DNA of 63,299 nt from Christensenella sp. UBA1428 (GTDB lineage: Bacteria > Bacillota > Clostridia > Christensenellales > UBA1750). Positions 56,603 through 63,299 of this stretch are shown here, one piece after another. The notes under the pieces were generated by a model that searched no databases, was not told where the DNA came from, and saw only the letters and a list, made by a program, of their open reading frames with translations. The position numbers and the translations under genes are program-made. Location of the stretch: positions 22,833-86,131 of the forward strand of contig DCTY01000003.1 in the NCBI GenBank assembly GCA_002329335.1. Direction: 5' to 3'. Every line of letters begins with the position of its first letter. Position 1 is the stretch's first letter.

Positions 56603-59089
56603 ATGTCCTTTTCTCAGAGATTTACCCAAAGCGCACAGCGGGCGATGAAATACGCCGCGCTGGACGCCAAGGAAATGGGTTACAACTATATTGGCACAGA
56701 GCATCTGCTGCTGGGTCTTTTAAAGGAGATTGAAACCGGCGGCGAAGCTAAATTCGGCGGCACGCCGCTTTCCTACCAGGCCGTGCGCGACAAGGTTCTG
56801 GCGCTTACCGGAGAGGGCGATTTTGATTTTTCCGGTCCCATGGGCTATACGCCGCGCACCAAGCGCGTGTTGGAGCAGTCGATGCTGGAAGCGCGCCGGC
56901 TCGGGCATAATTTTATCGGCCCAGAGCATATTTTCCTGGCGATTCTGGGCGAACGCGACGGCGTTGCCTGCCGTGCGCTCACCGAACTTGGCGTCGATGT
57001 GGACAGAAGCCGTCAGGCCATGGCCAGCCAGATCGGCGGCAGCGGCGCAGGCGCAGAGCCCGGCCGGGAACCCGGCTCCGGCGCAGAAGCATCCGGCGGC
57101 AAATCGCTGGATCAGTTTGGCCGCGATCTGACGCAGGCGGCAAGAAACGGTGAACTGGATCCGGTAATCGGCCGGGACACCGAGGTTGAGCGTATCATCC
57201 AGATTCTCTCCCGGCGCACCAAAAACAATCCGATTCTCATCGGCGAGCCGGGCGTCGGCAAATCCGCCGTCGTAGAAGGGCTTGCTCAGCGCATCGTTTC
57301 GGGCGACGTGCCGGATCTGTTGAAGGACAAGCGCATTTTCACACTGGATCTGGCCGGTATGGTCGCCGGGACCAAATACCGCGGCGAATTTGAGGACCGG
57401 CTGAAAAACGTCATGAAGGAAGTTCGCGAGGACGGCAAAACCATCCTGTTTATCGATGAAATTCACACGATCATCGGCGCCGGCGGCGCGGAAGGCGCGA
57501 TTGACGCAGCAAATATTTTAAAGCCTGCCCTGGCGCGCGGCGAGATCCAGTGCATCGGTGCCACAACGCTGGACGAATTCCGCAAGCATTTTGAAAAAGA
57601 CGCCGCGCTGGAACGCCGGTTCCAGCCGGTAACCGTGGGAGAACCGTCCGAAGAGGAAGCCGTGGAAATTCTGCGCGGCCTGCGCGACAAATACGAAGCG
57701 CATCACAAAGTCAAAATCACCGACGAGGCTATCCAGGCCGCCGTATCGCTGTCTGTTCGCTACATCGCCGACCGGTACCTGCCGGATAAAGCCATTGACC
57801 TGATCGATGAAGCCGCTTCCCGCGTACGCATCAAGAGCCATATCGCCCCGCCGGATATGAAGGCGCTGGAGGGAAAGCTGGCGGCGCTGCGCAATGAAAA
57901 AGAGGCGGCCGTTGCCGGACAAAATTTTGAACAGGCGGCCAAGCTGCGTGACGAAGAGGCAAAGGTTCAAAAGGAAATGGACGAGGCGCGCAAACGCTGG
58001 GAAAGCGAAAAAGCTACCGCGCACGGCCAGGTTGGCGAGGAAGAAATCGCCGAAATCGTATCCGGTTGGACAAAAATCCCGGTAAAACGGCTGACGCAGG
58101 ATGAAAGCGACCGTCTTTTGAATATGGAAGAAACGCTGCACAAACGCGTCATCGGCCAGGAAGAAGCCGTCGCCGCGGTCTCCCGCGCCATTCGCAGAGC
58201 GCGCGCAGGGCTCAAAGACCCCAAACGGCCGATCGGTTCGTTCCTGTTTTTAGGCCCGACGGGCGTTGGCAAAACCGAGCTTTGCAAGGCGCTGGGCGAA
58301 ACGCTGTTCGGCGATGAAAACGCCGTTATCCGCATCGATATGAGCGAATATATGGAAAAATTCGCCGTCTCGCGCATGATCGGATCGCCTCCCGGCTATG
58401 TCGGCTATGACGAAGGCGGTCAGCTGACCGAGAAAGTCCGCCAGAAACCCTACAGCATCGTGCTGCTGGATGAGATTGAAAAAGCGCATCCCGATGTATT
58501 CAACATCCTGCTTCAGATTCTGGACGACGGCCGTCTGACCGATTCCAAAGGCCGCACGGTGGACTTTAGAAACACGGTGCTGGTCATGACCAGCAATGTC
58601 GGCGCGCGCAATATCAGCGGCCAGAGCCGCGCCATGGGCTTTGGCTCCGGCACGCCGGATGCACGCAACACCTACGAGGTCATGAAAGAAAACGTCACGC
58701 GGGAGCTGAAGCAGGTGTTCCGGCCCGAATTTATCAACCGAATCGACGAAATCATCGTTTTCCATGCGCTGGATCAGACCCATACGCGCAAGATCGTGGA
58801 TCTGATGCTCGGCCAGGTTGCCAAGCGTCTGGCGGAGCGCGATGTACACATCAGCGCCACCGAAGCCGCCAAGGATTATCTGGCCAAGGCCGGCTTTGAT
58901 CCCGAATACGGCGCGCGGCCGCTGCGCAGAGCCATTCAGCGTTTGGTCGAGGACAGCCTGTCGGAGGAATTGCTGGGCGGTAAAATCGCCATCGGCGATC
59001 ATGTGCTGCTCGATGCAAAGGATGATAAGATCGTTTTTACCAAAATCACCCAGGAAACGCCTGAACCTGAAGAAAGCCCGCAGAAATAA
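56603..59089 (+). CDS. clpC: ATP-dependent Clp protease ATPase subunit
   Basis: Clp-N repeats, [11 protein letters not shown] domain, [11 protein letters not shown] loop, YGARPLRR. Confidence 0.97.
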   Translation: MSFSQRFTQSAQRAMKYAALDAKEMGYNYIGTEHLLLGLLKEIETGGEAKFGGTPLSYQAVRDKVLALTGEGDFDFSGPMGYTPRTKRVLEQSMLEARRLGHNFIGPEHIFLAILGERDGVACRALTELGVDVDRSRQAMASQIGGSGAGAEPGREPGSGAEASGGKSLDQFGRDLTQAARNGELDPVIGRDTEVERIIQILSRRTKNNPILIGEPGVGKSAVVEGLAQRIVSGDVPDLLKDKRIFTLDLAGMVAGTKYRGEFEDRLKNVMKEVREDGKTILFIDEIHTIIGAGGAEGAIDAANILKPALARGEIQCIGATTLDEFRKHFEKDAALERRFQPVTVGEPSEEEAVEILRGLRDKYEAHHKVKITDEAIQAAVSLSVRYIADRYLPDKAIDLIDEAASRVRIKSHIAPPDMKALEGKLAALRNEKEAAVAGQNFEQAAKLRDEEAKVQKEMDEARKRWESEKATAHGQVGEEEIAEIVSGWTKIPVKRLTQDESDRLLNMEETLHKRVIGQEEAVAAVSRAIRRARAGLKDPKRPIGSFLFLGPTGVGKTELCKALGETLFGDENAVIRIDMSEYMEKFAVSRMIGSPPGYVGYDEGGQLTEKVRQKPYSIVLLDEIEKAHPDVFNILLQILDDGRLTDSKGRTVDFRNTVLVMTSNVGARNISGQSRAMGFGSGTPDARNTYEVMKENVTRELKQVFRPEFINRIDEIIVFHALDQTHTRKIVDLMLGQVAKRLAERDVHISATEAAKDYLAKAGFDPEYGARPLRRAIQRLVEDSLSEELLGGKIAIGDHVLLDAKDDKIVFTKITQETPEPEESPQK

Positions 59090-59101
59090 TCCATTTACAC
59101 C

Positions 59102-59133
59102 AAAAAAGGACGTGCGCAAACACGTCCTTTTTT
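59102..59133. terminator. Bidirectional terminator
   Basis: AAAAAAGGACGTG-CGCAAA-CACGTCCTTTTTT. Confidence 0.9.
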
Positions 59134-59263
59134 GTATCGCAAAACAGTCCTGCTCACCCGATGCCAGGGCACTCCCCCTGCTGCGCCGGTTTCGCTGCGC
59201 ACGACGCACGCTGCGGGTTTTCTGGCCGCCGCGCCTCTTCGAATCGTCCAGCAAAGCGCCTTT

Positions 59264-60196
59264 TTAGGCCAAGCGGTCAAAAGCGCCTAAGAACGCCAAA
59301 TGATCCATCGCCTTTTGTGCCTTCCACCAGTTTCGGGCAATTTGGAACTGCGGTTCGTACGCGCCGCCCCACGTCCATGGAATGTCCCAAACATCATCCT
59401 GCGGCAGGGTATCGATCAGATAATCCAGTTCCTGCATGACCGCCGTTTGGCACGGGGCAAACAGCGGGCTTTGCGCAGAAGCGATAAACGCGCTGGGCCG
59501 CGGCCGGTAAAAACGCCAATTTTGAGGATCCGTTTCGATATGTCCAATTGCCAGTTCATACACGCGCCGCCGGACCCGATCCGGATGATCCACTGCAAAC
59601 GGCAGCTGCGCAAGCATCTGCGCCAACGCCAGATATGCGCCGACATCCATTTCGCCAAAATTCTCCCGCACAAAAAGCTCTTTGATGGCCGTCTTTAAAA
59701 TCCGCTGCGCTTTTTGCGCAAGCGCCGGCATTCCCTGCGCGCCAAGAGCGGCAAACAGCGCAAGCGACAGCGACAGGCCAAAGCTTTCCGCCGCATTTGT
59801 TTTCTCATCATAGTGCCACCACGGCGCGTGAGGATAATGATCGTTGGATGCAATGGTAAACTGCCAGCCGTCATCCGTGGCCTCCTGGCAGGCGTCCAGA
59901 TACCGCAGGCAGTCTCCTGCCGCAGGGTGATTGAGCTGACCGCAGGCCAGCAGCGTGCTTAGCGCGTACCAGGTCTGATAGGCGCTGGAATTTGGATTCC
60001 AGCTGTCCGGCTCCAGCCCATGGCCAAAACCGCCGTCCGGATTCTGATAGGATAAAAGACGCTGCACCACCGTCTGCGGATCCCCATTTTCAAACTGGCA
60101 TTGCCACCGGGCAAATTCCAGCGGGCGCGCATTGCGGCCAACCCACCGCCGGATTTGTTCAAACTGTTCTTTTGTCAATCGCTTCATATCGTTCAC
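59264..60196 (-). CDS. Conserved hypothetical protein (prenyltransferase/squalene-cyclase-like helical repeats)
   Basis: NARPLE, YQNPDGGFGHGLEPD, PHAPWW, W..PWTW. Confidence 0.7.
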   Translation of the reverse strand: MNDMKRLTKEQFEQIRRWVGRNARPLEFARWQCQFENGDPQTVVQRLLSYQNPDGGFGHGLEPDSWNPNSSAYQTWYALSTLLACGQLNHPAAGDCLRYLDACQEATDDGWQFTIASNDHYPHAPWWHYDEKTNAAESFGLSLSLALFAALGAQGMPALAQKAQRILKTAIKELFVRENFGEMDVGAYLALAQMLAQLPFAVDHPDRVRRRVYELAIGHIETDPQNWRFYRPRPSAFIASAQSPLFAPCQTAVMQELDYLIDTLPQDDVWDIPWTWGGAYEPQFQIARNWWKAQKAMDHLAFLGAFDRLA

Positions 60197-61050
60197 CTCA
60201 AAGCCATTGTACCCGAACCGGAACAGGATGGATTGGAAAAATGCGACAAACTGCCGCCATGATATTTTTTAAAAAAATTCAGCAAATGCGCCTGATCATA
60301 AAACCCATATGCATCGATCGTTTTTTGCAGATCGAAATCCCTGCTGGACAGGCAGTCCTGCCAGATCAGCTGATATCGGATCAACATGGACAGCCGCTTG
60401 CAGGAAACGCCGAAGCAGCTTAAAAAATGCCGCTGCACCCAGCGCGGATGCACGCCGAAACGGCGGGCAAGCGTCTGCACGTCCATGGTTCCCCTTGTCC
60501 GGATGATCTCCCCTGCCATGTCAAGCAGCACCGGCGGCACAGGATCCTGCCTGAGCTGCGCCAGCAAAAAACGCTGCACCGCCGGCCAGGGCGATGTTTC
60601 AGACGCATGGGCAAACAACGGTTCCAGCGCCTGACGCCACCCGGGAAAATAATCGTCCATTTTATCTGTGCTGTTGCGCACCTGGCAAAGCGGCTGCGCT
60701 GCGAAACGGGCGACGGACCAGAAATGAAACCGGATGCCATAGAGCACCTTTCCCGGCTGCCCTGCATGGGCGCTGGGATAGGAAAAATCATTGATCCCGC
60801 AGAAAAACAGACGCATTGTTTTCCCATCAACCGCGGCAATGATATCCATACAGGTGTCCGGGATCACCAGTGCGGGACGTGCGGCGCTGTATACCCAGAA
60901 ACAGCGGATATATGGCAAGAGCGGCCCGCAGGGCGCCAGTTCTGCATACCCGTCCGGATCATTGGCCGTCAGCGGCACATAGCGCTGATACAGGGGCAGC
61001 GGCTGCACGCAATCCGACCGATGCAATTCCAAGTCCGTCGTACTTTCCAT
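60193..61050 (-). CDS. AraC-family regulator (DUF6597-type N-terminus)
   Basis: L.PYIRCFW, VIPDTCMDI, GIRF, YGFYDQAHL..FFK. Confidence 0.88.
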   Translation of the reverse strand: MESTTDLELHRSDCVQPLPLYQRYVPLTANDPDGYAELAPCGPLLPYIRCFWVYSAARPALVIPDTCMDIIAAVDGKTMRLFFCGINDFSYPSAHAGQPGKVLYGIRFHFWSVARFAAQPLCQVRNSTDKMDDYFPGWRQALEPLFAHASETSPWPAVQRFLLAQLRQDPVPPVLLDMAGEIIRTRGTMDVQTLARRFGVHPRWVQRHFLSCFGVSCKRLSMLIRYQLIWQDCLSSRDFDLQKTIDAYGFYDQAHLLNFFKKYHGGSLSHFSNPSCSGSGTMALR

Positions 61051-61889
61051 TACCGGTTCTCCTCAATACCCACCAGCAAGCGCGCCTTTTCATCGCAGGC
61101 GCGCAGATGCGCCAGCGCCGTTTGCGCCTGCTTGGCAAAATCACCGGAAGGATGCCCCTCGATGCTGACGGTGCCGCAATAACCGCCGCGGTAAAGCGCC
61201 GCGAAAAACCCGGTATAGTCCTCCTCATCCCCCGGACAGGGCAGCGCACGGCCGAGCGTTCGGGCCAAATGGATATGGCGCAGCAGCATGCCGTTGCGTG
61301 CAAGCGTCTCAAAGCCCTCTCTGGCCAGGTGCATATGATAAAGATCCGCCAGAAGGCCGATCTGCGGATCATTCATCTTTGCCGCGACAATCGCCCCTTC
61401 ATCTACCGTATGAATCAGATTGCTTTCCATCGCATTGAGCGGCTCCACGGCAATGGTCACATCATATTTTCGCGCCGCTGGCAGCATCGCTTCCAGGCTT
61501 TTGCAGTAATCCGCCGCCGCCTGTGCCGCGCTGACGCCGGGCGCAGCGTTTCGCGCCGCAGGCGATCCGTAAACCGCAACCTGCGCACCGCACGCCTGCA
61601 TCCTGGCAAAAGCAGCGCAGGAATATTCCGCCACCGCCCCAAGATCCGCCTGCGGCCCGCAGGCGTGGATCAGCGGCGGGAAAAGATTGTTCATGCGCAA
61701 ACAGGCAATGCCTGCATCCGCGAGCGTCCCCAATACCTGCGACTCAAATGCGTCCTGGGGCATCTGCATCAAGCGTCCCAGCGGCAGCTCCACATAATCA
61801 TATCCCATTTCTGCCAGCAAACCGATACGGTCCGTGCCAACGCGGTAGGTATCCTGCGCGGCGCCTCCGGTGCAAAATCCAAACAGCAT
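61050..61889 (-). CDS. Sugar phosphate isomerase/epimerase (xylose-isomerase-like TIM barrel)
   Basis: GYDYVE, EPLN..E.N, DLYHM, HIHLA, SIE. Confidence 0.88.
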   Translation of the reverse strand: MLFGFCTGGAAQDTYRVGTDRIGLLAEMGYDYVELPLGRLMQMPQDAFESQVLGTLADAGIACLRMNNLFPPLIHACGPQADLGAVAEYSCAAFARMQACGAQVAVYGSPAARNAAPGVSAAQAAADYCKSLEAMLPAARKYDVTIAVEPLNAMESNLIHTVDEGAIVAAKMNDPQIGLLADLYHMHLAREGFETLARNGMLLRHIHLARTLGRALPCPGDEEDYTGFFAALYRGGYCGTVSIEGHPSGDFAKQAQTALAHLRACDEKARLLVGIEENR

Positions 61890-62044
61890 TAAAATCCCTC
61901 TCTTTTTTCGGATAACAAAAGCATACCCGCTTTTGCCCGCACTGTCAATCCCGGTCTTATACATCAAAGCCCGGAATGTTCACCTTTTGGGCAATAATTC
62001 GCGCAGATTTTTTTTATTGTTCGTGTTTTTATCCCTTTTCGGGC

Positions 62045-62073
62045 TTGATTTTTCGTTTTTTCTATAGTATTAT
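62045..62073 (+). promoter_or_regulatory. Sigma-A promoter of the pur operon
   Basis: TTGATT-17 bp-TATTAT; several TTCG cores upstream loosely resemble PurR boxes. Confidence 0.55.
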
Positions 62074-62191
62074 ACGGATATACACCCTTGCTTGGCGCAG
62101 CTTTAACGCGCCGGCATGCTCAGGAATCCGGACAATCAGCGCCGCGAAAAAAATAATCTTCATATTCGTCGGCGCGGCAACAGGAGGAAAC

Positions 62192-62689
62192 ATGAAAAAA
62201 GTCGGTGTCATCATGGGCAGCGCCAGCGATCTTCCGGTCGTTGAAAAAGCGCTCAATACTTTGAAAAGCTTTGACGTTCCCTTTGAAGTCCATGTATATT
62301 CCGCACATCGCACGCCAGCACAGGCGAAAGCTTTCGCCCAAAGCGCGTATGACAATGGATTTGGCGTTTTAATCGCAGCGGCCGGAAAGGCGGCGCATCT
62401 GGCCGGCGCAATCGCCGCAGCTACCTGCCTGCCCGTAATCGGGCTTCCCATCCGCGCCTCCAATCTTGACGGTATTGACGCGCTTTTGTCCACCGTGCAG
62501 ATGCCTTCCGGCATTCCCGTCGCTACGGTTGCCATTGACGGCGCTGCCAATGCCGCTTTGCTTTCTATTCAGATTCTTGCCGCATCCGATCCTGCATTGT
62601 ATCAGCGTTTGATCAGTCAGCGCGAACAGGCCGCACAGGCCGTTTTAGACGCCGACGCAAAAATCGCCGAACAGTATAACCGCCAATAA
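62192..62689 (+). CDS. purE: N5-CAIR mutase
   Basis: IMGSASD, SAHRTP, AGKAAHL.G, VQMPSGIPVATV. Confidence 0.97.
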   Translation: MKKVGVIMGSASDLPVVEKALNTLKSFDVPFEVHVYSAHRTPAQAKAFAQSAYDNGFGVLIAAAGKAAHLAGAIAAATCLPVIGLPIRASNLDGIDALLSTVQMPSGIPVATVAIDGAANAALLSIQILAASDPALYQRLISQREQAAQAVLDADAKIAEQYNRQ

Positions 62690-62707
62690 CCCCGGAGGAC
62701 AATCATC

Positions 62708-63299
62708 ATGATGAAAACCGCCCAATTATACGAGGGAAAAGCCAAAAAGGTCTTTGCCACCGACAATCCCGAATACTGCATCGTTTCCTATAAGGACGAC
62801 GCTACGGCGTTTAACGGATTGAAAAAGGGCACCATCGCCGGTAAGGGCGCGATCAACAACCGCGTAACCAACCACCTGATGCGCATGTTGGAAAAAAACG
62901 GTATTCCGACTCATTATGTGGATGAGTTAAACGATCGGGAAACCATCGTGCGGCGCGTATCCATTGTGCCGTTGGAAGTTGTCGTGCGCAACATCGCCGC
63001 AGGTTCTCTTGCAAAGCGGCTGGGGCTTGAAGAAGGCGTCCGGCTTGGCAGCACCGTGTTGGAATACTGCTATAAAAACGACTCCCTTGGCGACCCGATG
63101 GTCAATGAATACCATGTTCTGGCCATGGGGTGGGCGACAAAGGCAGAAATGGATCAGATCGCCCAGTATTCTTTGAAAATCAACGACATCTTAAGCGTTT
63201 ATCTGAAAGCGGTAAATATTGAACTGATCGACTTTAAACTCGAATTTGGCAAAACCAGCGACGGCAAGATCATCCTGGCGGACGAAATCTCGCCCGATA
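62708..63299 (+). CDS. purC: SAICAR synthase (runs off the window end)
   Basis: Read from the DNA (absent from the ORF track): MMKTAQLYEGKAKK..KDDATAFNG..PLEVVVRN..DFKLEFG..LADEISPD. Confidence 0.95.
   Translation, partial: MMKTAQLYEGKAKKVFATDNPEYCIVSYKDDATAFNGLKKGTIAGKGAINNRVTNHLMRMLEKNGIPTHYVDELNDRETIVRRVSIVPLEVVVRNIAAGSLAKRLGLEEGVRLGSTVLEYCYKNDSLGDPMVNEYHVLAMGWATKAEMDQIAQYSLKINDILSVYLKAVNIELIDFKLEFGKTSDGKIILADEISPD

Noticed and set aside
54615-59089. ctsR-mcsA-mcsB-clpC as a novel system
   Set aside because: Canonical, well-described class III heat-shock operon with intact motifs
62075-62190. Possible purine, ZTP or PRPP riboswitch in the purE leader
   Set aside because: None of the conserved cores is present; only a modest GCGCCG/CGGCGC hairpin

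Overview
63.3 kb of chromosome from a fairly GC-rich, spore-forming Clostridia (Bacillota) bacterium; the lineage is inferred from gene content (spoIIR, sleB/ypeB, ctsR-mcsAB-clpC, T-box, glpP). I see no rRNA, tRNA, CRISPR array, transposase or prophage. The left half (1-30 kb) is accessory. It holds an LplABC-type carbohydrate ABC importer and a divergent five-gene operon that mixes sugar-importer parts (two MalF/MalG-type permeases, a giant binding lipoprotein with an N-terminal beta-rich domain and 17 xxSADP-type repeats) with exporter parts (a long HlyD/MacA-type membrane-fusion protein and a 2-TM truncated MacB-like protein), with no ATPase and an ECF-type promoter. Next come a rod-shaped ncRNA candidate, a PadR/DUF1700-DUF4097 pair, a pectin (rhamnogalacturonan) locus, uppP, gudD, a MATE pump, an Asp-box propeller and a B3-like metallo-hydrolase. 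The right half is mostly housekeeping: T-box-cysE-cysS, a divergent MtlD-like protein, GH43, yceD-rpmF, stp-prkC-rsgA-rpe, a GlpP-controlled glycerol-3-phosphate oxidoreductase cluster, spoIIR-sleB-ypeB, polA-coaE-slt-SBP-ispE, ctsR-mcsA-mcsB-clpC and the start of purE-purC. The best candidate for an undescribed system is the importer/exporter hybrid operon at 4471-11820. All family calls come from reading motifs by eye; no searches were run.
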